A stretch of 64,000 bases of DNA from a virus, in the IMG/VR virus record IMGVR_UViG_3300017950_000006, positions 1 through 64,000 of that record; one strand, given 5' to 3'. A model generated the notes under the pieces. It was not told the DNA's origin. It saw only the letters and a list, made by a program, of their open reading frames with translations, and made no database searches. The position numbers and the translations under genes are program-made. Positions 47,041 through 56,719 of the stretch are shown piece by piece. Position 1 is the first letter of the stretch, and each line of letters begins with the position of its first letter.

Positions 47041-48396
47041 ATGGCAGACATATCCAAATTTCTTAACAACTTAGCCAGTGGTGCTCTCAACCCTAAAGGC
47101 AATCTTGCAGACTTTCAACATGGCGCAAGATTATATGTTGATGATAATTTTAAATTTGCTCCAAAGCAAAAATTCCTTTATCATGTTGCATTTAATATTA
47201 ATCCTCAAGCATCAGCAATTATTCCACAGTTAACACAAAAGCATAGTAATACAATTAATATGCTTGTAAAAAGTGTAGACTTGCCTAAGTTTGATATTAC
47301 TACTGAAGTCAAACACGCATATAATAGAAAACGTGTTTTACAAAAACGTATTGACTATAGTCCATGTAATGTTACATTCCATGATGACAATTATGGATTA
47401 ACAACAGCGATGTGGGAAGCATACTATAGATATTATTACAGAGATGGTAACTATGCATCAGTTGATCAAGCAGGTAATCCTGAACAAACAGCAACAGCAT
47501 ACAACAGAGGAAACATATACGGAACAGATGCACAAAATAAATTTCGTTATGGTTTTGATAATGACAGTTATAGCCCATTCTTTAACAGTATTATTGTATA
47601 TCAAATGTCAAGGAAAAGATATACAGCATATACGCTAGTTAATCCGATAATTCAAAGTTGGCAACACGATACTATGGATCAGTCTGTAAGTGATCCTGTA
47701 CAAAGTACTATGTCAATTCAATTTGAAACAGTTTGGTATTCGCGAGGTCCAGTGTCAAAAGGGTCAGCACCAAAAGGATTTGCAACAGAACATTACGACC
47801 AAACTCCAAGTCCACTAACATTGGCTGGTGGAGGAACATCAAGTTTATTCGGTGTTGGAGGAGTTGCGTCTGGTACCGCTGATGTATTTGATGATATTAC
47901 TAGTGGCAGAGCATTTAGTTCTCCGGGGGCACTATTAGGTACAGTATTAAAAGCAGGTAATATTGCTAAAAATGTCAAGTCTTTAAGTAAAGACGGTTTA
48001 AGACAAGAAGGATTTCAAATTTTAAAAGGAGCGTTAGGAGACATAAGTGGTGCACCAGTTGGCGGCGTTGCAAATTCATTGTTTCCAAAGTCAGCAGGCA
48101 ATGGAGGATTGAACAATGTTGTTACAGCAATCGCAGGAGTAAGTGCAGTTGCTAAAATTGCTTCACTAGCACAAACAACTAGTTTATCAGATGCTAAAGC
48201 GGCTCTCGAAGCAAATCCAGATGCATTAGCAGACTTAACAAAGTCAACAACATTTAAAAAGACACACCTAGCAGGAGGAGGCGATCCTAGTGTCAATGCT
48301 ATTAATAATGCATGGGAAACTACTAGTGCCTCATTTAAGACTGCTCAGAATAATGAAACGTTAAATAACTTAGGAAACATAATTAAAGGTGCATAA
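47041..48396 (+). CDS. Tail-tube-like baseplate hub/tube initiator (gp48/gp54-like)
   Basis: VKSVDLPKF...YNRKR...YSPCNVTFHDD aligns by eye with the tube fold; TAAATA at 47030-47035. Confidence 0.55.
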   Translation: MADISKFLNNLASGALNPKGNLADFQHGARLYVDDNFKFAPKQKFLYHVAFNINPQASAIIPQLTQKHSNTINMLVKSVDLPKFDITTEVKHAYNRKRVLQKRIDYSPCNVTFHDDNYGLTTAMWEAYYRYYYRDGNYASVDQAGNPEQTATAYNRGNIYGTDAQNKFRYGFDNDSYSPFFNSIIVYQMSRKRYTAYTLVNPIIQSWQHDTMDQSVSDPVQSTMSIQFETVWYSRGPVSKGSAPKGFATEHYDQTPSPLTLAGGGTSSLFGVGGVASGTADVFDDITSGRAFSSPGALLGTVLKAGNIAKNVKSLSKDGLRQEGFQILKGALGDISGAPVGGVANSLFPKSAGNGGLNNVVTAIAGVSAVAKIASLAQTTSLSDAKAALEANPDALADLTKSTTFKKTHLAGGGDPSVNAINNAWETTSASFKTAQNNETLNNLGNIIKGA

Positions 48397-48764
48397 TGGC
48401 TAGTAACTTACCAAAGACACAATCAAGAGACAGCGCAAGTGAAGTAAAGCAATTTTATAATCAGTATTTTACTGACTTTATTAATTTTCCTTCAAATGAT
48501 GTTGACGCAGTAATTGGATTTTTTGAAAATAGAGGATTTAGTAAAACAGGCGCCATTGCAGTTGGAACTGTGCTACTCCAACAAGCAAAGTTAGACGGTA
48601 TTAAAGTTTTTGAATTATTAGATACATTAAAGCAAACTGATCAAGTACAATTAAGCAGTGTAGTTACAGAAGTATTAAACTACAATAGAGAAAAAATTTC
48701 TACACTAGGTTATAAAGTTGATAATACTTCAAATAGAATCGAAGCACGAAACATAGAGGTGTAG
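48396..48764 (+). CDS. Hypothetical protein
   Basis: 122-aa ORF translationally coupled to its neighbours. Confidence 0.6.
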   Translation: MASNLPKTQSRDSASEVKQFYNQYFTDFINFPSNDVDAVIGFFENRGFSKTGAIAVGTVLLQQAKLDGIKVFELLDTLKQTDQVQLSSVVTEVLNYNREKISTLGYKVDNTSNRIEARNIEV

Positions 48765-48765
48765 C

Positions 48766-49206
48766 ATGGCTAAATTTGCCCAAGGGCGATATAACCTCAA
48801 AAATCCAGACAAATACGTAGGACGCAAAACACCACTATATAGAAGTAGTTGGGAATTTGCTTTTATGAAGTTCTGTGATGAAAATCCCAATGTTGCTAAG
48901 TGGGCCAGTGAAGCAGTTAAGATACCTTATCTTAATCCGTTAACAGGTAAACACACAGTTTATGTTCCAGACTTCTTTATTGCATATGCAGATAAGAATG
49001 GCAAACAACGTGCAGAAGTAATTGAAGTAAAACCGGATAATCAAACTACACTTGAAAGTGCAGGACGTAATAAGTATAAACAAGCACAAGTAGTACTTAA
49101 TATGGCTAAATGGGAAGCCGCTAGAGCATGGTGTAGAGATAAAGGACTATTTTTTAGAGTAATTACTGAAAAGGATATGTTCCATCAAGGAACACGTAAA
49201 GGCTAA
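48766..49206 (+). CDS. gp4: Head completion nuclease, T4 gp4-like (TnsA-type PD-(D/E)xK)
   Basis: NPDKYVG, YRSSWE, WASE..IPY, YVPDF, IEVKP, KWEAARAWC, FRVITE. Confidence 0.85.
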   Translation: MAKFAQGRYNLKNPDKYVGRKTPLYRSSWEFAFMKFCDENPNVAKWASEAVKIPYLNPLTGKHTVYVPDFFIAYADKNGKQRAEVIEVKPDNQTTLESAGRNKYKQAQVVLNMAKWEAARAWCRDKGLFFRVITEKDMFHQGTRKG

Positions 49207-49236
49207 ATAATAGTAGCATATAATGGATTTTAAGTT

Positions 49237-49728
49237 ATGAAGAAACTAGAAGAATTGCTTAATTTGCCCGAGTCTAAAGAAATTGTAGACGAAGCAAAAT
49301 CTGAAGCAAAAGCAGAAGCAAAAACGGCTGTTATTGAACGTGAAGAAACACAGCGTAGTATTGCTGAATTAGATAAGATTAGTTCTGCACTTCCACAAGT
49401 TAAAGGCCTAGGAGAAATGGCTGATAAAGAACTTAATGAAGTTGCAGATAAAGCCATGCAAGCATACGAAGATCTAATGGACTTGGGTATGAATGTAGAA
49501 AGCCGTTATAGTGGTAGAGTTTTTGAAGTAGCCGGCGGTATGCTTAAAACTAGTTTAGATGCTAAAGTTGCTAAGTTAGATAAGAAACTTAAAATGGTAG
49601 AATTGCAACTTAAAAAAGAAAAACAAGATAAAGACGGTGGAAACGACGATGATCTAGTTTCAGGTGAAGGATATGTAGTTGCAGACCGAAATAGTTTACT
49701 TGAAAAATTGAAAAACATGGATAAATAA
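49237..49728 (+). CDS. Putative terminase small subunit (gp16-like)
   Basis: Helical 163-aa protein with RVFEVA motif, upstream of the large terminase; TAAATA at 49204-49209. Confidence 0.5.
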   Translation: MKKLEELLNLPESKEIVDEAKSEAKAEAKTAVIEREETQRSIAELDKISSALPQVKGLGEMADKELNEVADKAMQAYEDLMDLGMNVESRYSGRVFEVAGGMLKTSLDAKVAKLDKKLKMVELQLKKEKQDKDGGNDDDLVSGEGYVVADRNSLLEKLKNMDK

Positions 49729-49748
49729 CATTGTAATAGGAAACGGAT

Positions 49749-50315
49749 ATGAAATTATACAGCGAATATTTAACAGAAGCATACAACAATAAAACTTACG
49801 AGTTTAAGATTGGTGTTGCTGGCGACAACGATGGTGTTGCAGATAAACTTGAAATGTGTCTTAAAAAGTTTGGAGTTACAAATATTACTCCAGGCAAAAA
49901 AACACCAATTCAAGAACGCCCACTAGATTTTCCACAGTTGCAAAACGAAGAAGTAACTTATTACGAAGCAACTATTACATATCCAACACACGCTGAAGCA
50001 TTACAAGAGTATCTAGGTTATAATATTGGTAAATCACAATCACACATTATGGTACGCAATATGAATGCTCCACAAGAAGTTTATCAAGAGATTAACGATG
50101 CACCATATGAAATAAAACTTACTAAAGAAGATATGGGCGGCGAATCAGCACAAGAAAATGTTGGAAACAACAGAGTTATGGATTTGCTTAAAGAGTTAGA
50201 AACTGCTCGTAAAGAACACGAGTACGATCCAACTGCTACTGCAAAGACTATTACATCAGACCAACCAAAAACAGAAATGACTGACGTTAAGTCTAAAAGT
50301 CCAATAGGGAGTTAA
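49749..50315 (+). CDS. Hypothetical head-associated protein
   Basis: 188-aa ORF; N-terminal YSEYLTEA resembles prohead-protease-cleaved leaders; TAAATA at 49722-49727. Confidence 0.5.
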   Translation: MKLYSEYLTEAYNNKTYEFKIGVAGDNDGVADKLEMCLKKFGVTNITPGKKTPIQERPLDFPQLQNEEVTYYEATITYPTHAEALQEYLGYNIGKSQSHIMVRNMNAPQEVYQEINDAPYEIKLTKEDMGGESAQENVGNNRVMDLLKELETARKEHEYDPTATAKTITSDQPKTEMTDVKSKSPIGS

Positions 50316-50317
50316 TT

Positions 50318-51118
50318 ATGAGATTAGATGACATTTACAAAAAGATTCAGCAATTGGACGAGGCGATGAATGAAGCCGCTTCTGCTTCGATTAATATGTC
50401 AGGCGACAATGCTGAGGACGTTATAAAATTAATGAATGCACTTAAAGGTGGTTCGGGCGCAGATTCAATTGACAGTATTCCAACTGCAATTAAGAAACCA
50501 GTTGCACCTATGCCTGTTATGGGTCCACCAGATATGAGCGACGACATGGCTAAGTTAAGAGACATTGTAGACGGTCCAAAAGATAGAGATCAATTGAAGC
50601 CGGGCATACAGGGAGAACCATGTAAGATTTGCGGTAAAGATCATTTAGGCAATTCAGGATGTGGAGAAGATATTGAAACAAGTGAAGGCGCTGGCGTAAG
50701 TTTAGATCAAGCACGTGAATACTTTTTTGATAAGCATGACTTTGCTGATGAAAATGTTCAAGGCGAATATGACGAAATGGCAAGCAAAATGTCTCCAGAA
50801 GATGCTGAGACACTTAAAAAAGAACTTGAAGAATTTTATCCTGATGTTACTTTTGAAGGTTATGCTAACGAGCCAGATGAAAGTTATCAAGATCAGCATT
50901 ATATGACTAAAGATTTATCAGGCGGTAGTGAACAAGGTCAAAAGAAATCATATCCAAAAGCGGCTGGCGGAGATAATCCAATGGCACTAGAGGCTGAAAT
51001 TGCAAAAAGTTTAGCGGCACAGTTAAAAACATTTATGTCTGAAGGTAAAGGCTGTGAATGTAATGACGGCGGCTCATGTGATTGCGACGATAGTTGCGAA
51101 GATTGTAGTTGTAAATAG
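50318..51118 (+). CDS. Acidic hypothetical (prohead core/internal-like) protein with Cys-rich tail
   Basis: 266 aa, strongly acidic; LDEAMNEA, TSEG, TFEG, MSEG; ends CECNDGGSCDCDDSCEDCSCK. Confidence 0.5.
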   Translation: MRLDDIYKKIQQLDEAMNEAASASINMSGDNAEDVIKLMNALKGGSGADSIDSIPTAIKKPVAPMPVMGPPDMSDDMAKLRDIVDGPKDRDQLKPGIQGEPCKICGKDHLGNSGCGEDIETSEGAGVSLDQAREYFFDKHDFADENVQGEYDEMASKMSPEDAETLKKELEEFYPDVTFEGYANEPDESYQDQHYMTKDLSGGSEQGQKKSYPKAAGGDNPMALEAEIAKSLAAQLKTFMSEGKGCECNDGGSCDCDDSCEDCSCK

Positions 51119-51137
51119 TTTACTCAAAGGCTATTTC

Positions 51138-51165
51138 AAATAGGGCCTCCGGGCCCTATTTTTTT
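51138..51165 (+). terminator. Rho-independent terminator
   Basis: AAATAGGGCC-TCCG-GGCCCTATTT perfect stem followed by a T run. Confidence 0.85.
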
Positions 51166-51179
51166 GAGTAAATACTAGT

Positions 51180-52772
51180 ATGGCAAACAAAAGTTTAGAC
51201 GGTGTACTAACTAAGAAAGCACACCAAAAAGAAAAGTTTACACAAGTACAGATTGAGGATTTGGCTAACTGTATGGATCCTGAATCGGGGTATCTATATT
51301 TTGCTAGGAAGTTCTTCTATATTCAACATCCTGTAAAAGGTAAAGTGTTGTTTGAACCTTATGATTATCAAACACGACTACTTTCAAGTTATCACGATCA
51401 TCGATTTAATATTAATATGTTACCTAGACAGAGCGGAAAGACTACTACTGCCGCAGGATATCTATTATGGTATGCAATGTTTCATCCAGACCAAACAATT
51501 CTAATTGCCGCTCACAAATATACAGGTGCCCAAGAAATTATGCAACGTATTAGATACGGATATGAACTGTGTCCTGATCACATACGTGCTGGAGTTGTTA
51601 ACTATAATAAAGGGTCAATGGAATTTGAAAATGGATCACGTATTGTAGCACAAACAACCACAGGCAACACAGGACGTGGTATGAGTATCTCATTACTATA
51701 CTGTGACGAGTTTGCGTTTGTGCAACCTAACATTGCTACAGACTTTTGGACTTCGATATCACCTACACTAGCAACTGGTGGTCGTGCTATTATTACAAGC
51801 ACACCAAACTCAGACGAAGATACATTTGCTATTATTTGGAAAGAATCTCAAAACAAATTTGATGAACACGGCAACGAACAACAAGTAGGTATTAATGGTT
51901 TCCATGGGTTTACTGCATCCTGGGACGAACATCCTGATCGAGATGATGAATGGAAGAAAACTGAATTAGGACGTATCGGAGAAGAAAGATTCCGTCGTGA
52001 GTATGGTTGTGAATTCTTAGTATTTGATGAAACACTAATTAATTCAATTAAACTTGCGTCAATGGAAGGTAACGATCCAATTGAGAATATGGGCCAAATA
52101 CGTTGGTATAAAAAATTAGATCCAACACAAACTTACACAATTAGTTTAGATCCTGCTATGGGCACAGGCGGTGATTACTCTGCTATCCAAGTGTTTGAAG
52201 TTCCTTCATACAAACAAGTTGCAGAATGGAGACACAACACAACTCCTATTACTGGGCAAGTTAGAATACTAAAAGAAATTTGTGACTATATTAAAGAAAC
52301 AACTAGGAATAATACTGCTAGTAACATTTATTGGAGTATAGAAAATAACACAATTGGAGAAGCGGCTTTAATTGTTGTTCAGGATATTGGCGAAGAAAAT
52401 ATACCAGGGCTATTTGTAAGTGAACCTATGCGTAAAGGACACGTTAGAAAATTCCGTAAAGGATTTAATACTACCCATGCTACTAAAATTAGTGCTTGTG
52501 CTAAATTAAAGAGTATGGTAGAATCAGATCTTATGACGATTAACAGTAAAGCATTAATATCAGAACTTAAAGGATTTGTAGCAAGTGGAACAAGTTTTAA
52601 AGCAAAGCCGGGTGAAACTGACGATTTAATCAGTGCAACACTACTGGCATTAAGAATGATGAAAGTTTTAAAGGACTGGGATCCTAGAGTGTACAATACA
52701 TTTAAGCAAGATCACGTAGATGGAGAGGATTATGAGCCGCCGATGCCAATTTTTGTATCTTCCGGCTTCTAG
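51180..52772 (+). CDS. gp17: Terminase large subunit
   Basis: Walker A PRQSGKTT, Walker B LLYCDEFAF, ITSTPN, FRREYGCEF; nuclease motifs LDPAMGTGGDYSA and DDL. Confidence 0.95.
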   Translation: MANKSLDGVLTKKAHQKEKFTQVQIEDLANCMDPESGYLYFARKFFYIQHPVKGKVLFEPYDYQTRLLSSYHDHRFNINMLPRQSGKTTTAAGYLLWYAMFHPDQTILIAAHKYTGAQEIMQRIRYGYELCPDHIRAGVVNYNKGSMEFENGSRIVAQTTTGNTGRGMSISLLYCDEFAFVQPNIATDFWTSISPTLATGGRAIITSTPNSDEDTFAIIWKESQNKFDEHGNEQQVGINGFHGFTASWDEHPDRDDEWKKTELGRIGEERFRREYGCEFLVFDETLINSIKLASMEGNDPIENMGQIRWYKKLDPTQTYTISLDPAMGTGGDYSAIQVFEVPSYKQVAEWRHNTTPITGQVRILKEICDYIKETTRNNTASNIYWSIENNTIGEAALIVVQDIGEENIPGLFVSEPMRKGHVRKFRKGFNTTHATKISACAKLKSMVESDLMTINSKALISELKGFVASGTSFKAKPGETDDLISATLLALRMMKVLKDWDPRVYNTFKQDHVDGEDYEPPMPIFVSSGF

Positions 52773-52784
52773 ATAAATACTAAT

Positions 52785-55556
52785 ATGTTAAACTTAGACA
52801 AAATTGCAGAAGAACTTTTTAATAAGATTAGAGGTCGTTATCCTAAAGTAACACTAGGAGACGAAAACTCTCTTATTACAAATGTGCCAAATAAAGCACG
52901 ATTTTTTGATTTTGAGTTTAGTAAAGGAAATAAAGTAAATATTACTGTTGACGAAAAATCAGTAACTGTACTATATAATAACAAATTACTATCAGATGAC
53001 AGCAAAATTCAAAAAGAAGACTGGTATGGTTTTATGAAAGAATTAAGAGTTTTTGCTAAAAAGCGTATGCTTAATTTTGATACTCGAGATATTACTAAAA
53101 CAAACTTAGATAAAAGAGATTATCAGTACATAGCAACAAATAGACCCGGAGAAGAAAAAATGAGTGAAAGTAAGATGTATGGAACTAGTAGAACTAGTTT
53201 CCAAGATTTAGGAAATGCTAGACTTGTAGTCAAGCATAGAAATGCAGTTGATCAAGAAAATCCTGCAGGACGTACACAACAAATTGATAGCATTTATATT
53301 GAAAGCAGTGAGGGTGAAAGATTTAAATATCCTTACAGACATCTCAACGGTGCAAGAGCAATGGCTATGCACGTTTCAGAAGGTGGCAATGCATATGACA
53401 CATTTGGTAAGCACATCGTATCACTCAGCGAAGAACTTAGCAAACTACGTCAATTCAAAACTTATATGAATCGTTCAAGTGTAATGGCTGAGGGTCTTGC
53501 TGGTTACATGGACATTGTTAATGAAAGAATTGACACTGTTAAAGAAACAGTTTTTAAATTACAAAGACAAAATTATTACAAAGAAGCATTTGAATCATTT
53601 GAAGAAACAGTAATGGAAGAAGTACCAACTGACGTAAGTTCAAACTGGATTGATGAATTAACTATTCGTCAATTTAATGAAGAACTAAAAAGTGTATTCC
53701 CTTACATTTATAATCTTGTTAAAGAAAATACAAAACCTACACAGATTGGTCCGGAAGATTTGTTAGGCGAAGAAAAATTAGATTTTAGTGACAAGAATAA
53801 AGAACTATCTATGTGGCTGGCAAAGTATGACGAATACACCGGCGGCAATGGTGATGGATTACCTATGGGCTGGATCAAAGCCATGACATCAACTGGGATT
53901 GTAAGTGATGGATATGAGCAAGACGAACTTATAGCATTTGAAAAGAAAATTGGCAAAGAAGAATCCGAGTGGGAAGATGCAGAATGGGATGAATTTAGAA
54001 AGCCTGAAAATTCTCCAATCACTTCAAAAATGTTTGCAGACTTAGCAAAGATTATCGGCACAGACGATCATGATGAAGATGTTGCTCGTGCTGTCAGCGA
54101 TGCATTAAGTATCGGCGAAGGTGAAACAAATAAAGCAGACAGCATGAACATGGAAGAAGCAGATGATGGTAAGAAAGAACAACTCCAGGCATGGTATGAA
54201 AAGTATAACCAATATGACCCTGCAGACATCGGTAGTTTAGCAGACGGTATGTTTAAGTTCTTTCAAGATTCGGGTGTGGATTTAGACACAGTCGAAAAAA
54301 GTGAATACGATGCACTCGTAGCAAAACACGGCGAAGACAAAATAGAAGGTAATGCCTTGAGATTTTTAAGTGATGAGGATACACCTATCACTAAAGCAAT
54401 GTTCGACGAGTTTGAAAGAATAATGGGCGAACCTGCAGATGAAGAAAGTTCAGAAAAAGCGGTATCATTGCTGGGACTGGATGAAGGTATGAACATGGAA
54501 GATGCATATGCTTCACACTTAGACAATATAGTTGCTACATCAAAACACGAGCAAGGTCCAGAACAAAACGAAGGCTCAGTACCTAACTACCTTGACAGCG
54601 AATGGAAAGATAAGTTAGCGGCTTGTGCTAAAGGTGAAGAAGGCGGTGAAGACGCAGTGTGCGATATGCTGGATAAGTTTGATATTCCAAAAGACAAAGC
54701 CGGCGATTTAATTCAAAAACAAATTGACAAAAAGTTTAAAGGCATTGGAGTAATGTTTAAAAATCCATTGAAAGCGGATCCTGAATGGGACAACCTACAA
54801 AAATTAGTTGATCGCTTAAAAGGCAAAAGTATGGGCGAAGGCAACGAATTTGCACAAAAGGTACAAGCACTAAAAGCCAAAGGTGCTAAGCCAGGAACTA
54901 AATTCAAAACATCAGACGGTGAAGAACATACACTCGAAGATGCTATTAGATTAGCAGGACTACAAGTTGAAGACTTTTGGACTGCTGAAGAATTAGTATC
55001 TGAAAGCGAACTTCCAAAAAGTCCCAAAGTATTAAAACTTGTTATTGATGATTTGAAAAAATTTAAAGCGGAACAAGAAGAAGCAAAAAAACAAGGCTAT
55101 GACGAAGATGTAAGAATGATGCAAGGTCGAATTGACGATATGATGGACATTGCAAATCTTATAAAGGATGGTGGTCCTATAGCCGCTTTGGATACATCAG
55201 TACAGGACCTTATTGTAGATTACTACGAAAAAGCAGGTGAGCCGTTACCATTTGCAAAAGAAGCAGATGATGACACTATGGATATCAAAATTGACAAAGA
55301 CGGTGCGTTATCAAAAGCAGATGCTCCAGACAAGTTACACGATAAAGAAGAATTACCTTTAGATGAGTTTATCAAAGGACACTTTGATTACACTTCTAAT
55401 CAATTCCCTAAAGGTGAAACTGCGGTCATGACAGCAGTTGAAAAGAAGTATGGTGACGAAGCAATAAAAGATGCTATGAACATCATGAAGGAATTGGTTA
55501 CAAATCAAGATGAAGAGATGGCAAGAATTAAGACTTTAGCGGGTTTGGCTCACTAA
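52785..55556 (+). CDS. Large acidic protein with modular C-terminal half; putative head/internal polyprotein
   Basis: 923 aa; GERFKYP..HLNGARAMAMH core; duplicated modules of about 110 aa; RLAGL and TLAGL motifs; TAAATA at 52774-52779. Confidence 0.55.
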   Translation: MLNLDKIAEELFNKIRGRYPKVTLGDENSLITNVPNKARFFDFEFSKGNKVNITVDEKSVTVLYNNKLLSDDSKIQKEDWYGFMKELRVFAKKRMLNFDTRDITKTNLDKRDYQYIATNRPGEEKMSESKMYGTSRTSFQDLGNARLVVKHRNAVDQENPAGRTQQIDSIYIESSEGERFKYPYRHLNGARAMAMHVSEGGNAYDTFGKHIVSLSEELSKLRQFKTYMNRSSVMAEGLAGYMDIVNERIDTVKETVFKLQRQNYYKEAFESFEETVMEEVPTDVSSNWIDELTIRQFNEELKSVFPYIYNLVKENTKPTQIGPEDLLGEEKLDFSDKNKELSMWLAKYDEYTGGNGDGLPMGWIKAMTSTGIVSDGYEQDELIAFEKKIGKEESEWEDAEWDEFRKPENSPITSKMFADLAKIIGTDDHDEDVARAVSDALSIGEGETNKADSMNMEEADDGKKEQLQAWYEKYNQYDPADIGSLADGMFKFFQDSGVDLDTVEKSEYDALVAKHGEDKIEGNALRFLSDEDTPITKAMFDEFERIMGEPADEESSEKAVSLLGLDEGMNMEDAYASHLDNIVATSKHEQGPEQNEGSVPNYLDSEWKDKLAACAKGEEGGEDAVCDMLDKFDIPKDKAGDLIQKQIDKKFKGIGVMFKNPLKADPEWDNLQKLVDRLKGKSMGEGNEFAQKVQALKAKGAKPGTKFKTSDGEEHTLEDAIRLAGLQVEDFWTAEELVSESELPKSPKVLKLVIDDLKKFKAEQEEAKKQGYDEDVRMMQGRIDDMMDIANLIKDGGPIAALDTSVQDLIVDYYEKAGEPLPFAKEADDDTMDIKIDKDGALSKADAPDKLHDKEELPLDEFIKGHFDYTSNQFPKGETAVMTAVEKKYGDEAIKDAMNIMKELVTNQDEEMARIKTLAGLAH
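54144..54510 (+). repeat. 22-bp direct repeats (20/22 identical) flanking an internal module
   Basis: ATGAACATGGAAGAAGCAGATG (54144-54165) and ATGAACATGGAAGATGCATATG (54489-54510). Confidence 0.75.
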
Positions 55557-55580
55557 GTCACTTTTTTGACAAAGTTTCAC

Positions 55581-55609
55581 TTGACTTTATAAGTAAGTTT
55601 GTGTATTAT
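55581..55609 (+). promoter_or_regulatory. Sigma70-type promoter for the gp32-uvsX-uvsY block
   Basis: TTGACT, 17-bp spacer, TATTAT. Confidence 0.7.
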
Positions 55610-55678
55610 AGTAAATGTACTGCACAATCTAGGCAATACAATAACAGCCAAAGGCAAATAACATAGGAGGCTTTAATT

Positions 55679-56668
55679 ATGGCAACATTAGCAGAAATTC
55701 GTGCTAAACTAAAAGAACAAGAATCACGCACAGGTGGTTCTAATCAATCAACAAGCGGCGACAACGCCATTTACCCATTTTGGAACTTAAAGGAAGGCGA
55801 GCAGTCAACTGTACGTTTCTTACCTGATGGTGACGAAAATAACACTTTCTTTTGGAAAGAGCGTTTGATGATCAAACTACCTTTCGCAGGTGTTAAGGGT
55901 GAAACAGACTCACGTCCAGTTCAAGTACAAGTACCATGTATGGAAATGTATGGTGAATCTTGTCCAATCCTAAGCGAAGTTCGCGGATGGTTTAAAGATC
56001 CAACTCTAGAAGATATGGGTCGTAAGTATTGGAAAAAGCGTTCATACGTATTCCAAGGTTTTGTAACTGAGAACGGTCTTAATGAAGACAAAACTCCAGA
56101 AAATCCAATCAGACGTTTTATTATTGGTCCACAAATTTTCCAAATCATTAAGGGTGCATTAATGGATCCTGAAATGGAAGAACTACCAACTGATTATACA
56201 GCAGGAGTAGACTTTAGACTTATTAAAACTTCTAAAGGCGGCTATGCTGATTACTCAACATCACAATGGTCACGTAGAGAGCGTCCATTAACTGATGCAG
56301 AGATGCAAGCAGTTAACACAAATGGATTGTTTAACATGAGCGACTTTTTACCTAAGAAACCAGGTGAAGTAGAAGTTAAAGTAATGCAAGAAATGTTCCA
56401 AGCATCAGTTGACGGTGAAGCATATGATCCGGAACGTTGGGGACAGTACTTCCGTCCAGCAGGGATGGCGGCACGTACAGGTGATCCGAATACTCAATCA
56501 TCTGCTCCGACTACACCAGTATCGACAGCACCAGAGGCTACAACTACACCAGTAGTAGAAGCACCTGCGGCGCCAGCACCAGAAGTAGCACCGGTGTCGG
56601 CACCAGCAAGCGATAATGGTAAAGCCGAAGATATCTTGGCAATGATCCGTTCACGTCAAGCACAGTAA
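55679..56668 (+). CDS. gp32: Single-stranded DNA-binding protein, gp32-like
   Basis: VRFLPDGD, CMEMYGESCPI, YWKKRSY, GYADYSTS; Pro/Ala-rich linker; AEDILAMIR tail; AGGAGG RBS. Confidence 0.85.
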   Translation: MATLAEIRAKLKEQESRTGGSNQSTSGDNAIYPFWNLKEGEQSTVRFLPDGDENNTFFWKERLMIKLPFAGVKGETDSRPVQVQVPCMEMYGESCPILSEVRGWFKDPTLEDMGRKYWKKRSYVFQGFVTENGLNEDKTPENPIRRFIIGPQIFQIIKGALMDPEMEELPTDYTAGVDFRLIKTSKGGYADYSTSQWSRRERPLTDAEMQAVNTNGLFNMSDFLPKKPGEVEVKVMQEMFQASVDGEAYDPERWGQYFRPAGMAARTGDPNTQSSAPTTPVSTAPEATTTPVVEAPAAPAPEVAPVSAPASDNGKAEDILAMIRSRQAQ

Positions 56669-56676
56669 TAATAATT

Positions 56677-56702
56677 AAAGGGTGGCTTCGGTCACCCTTT
56701 TT
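56677..56702 (+). terminator. Rho-independent terminator with C(UUCG)G tetraloop
   Basis: AAAGGGTGGC-TTCG-GTCACCCTTT then TT. Confidence 0.85.
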
Positions 56703-56719
56703 ATGCTAAAGGAGAAACC

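Noticed and set aside
48766-49206. TnsA-like nuclease as a sign of a Tn7-like transposon
   Set aside because: Motifs and context match the T4 gp4 head-completion protein; no TnsB/TnsC or terminal repeats.
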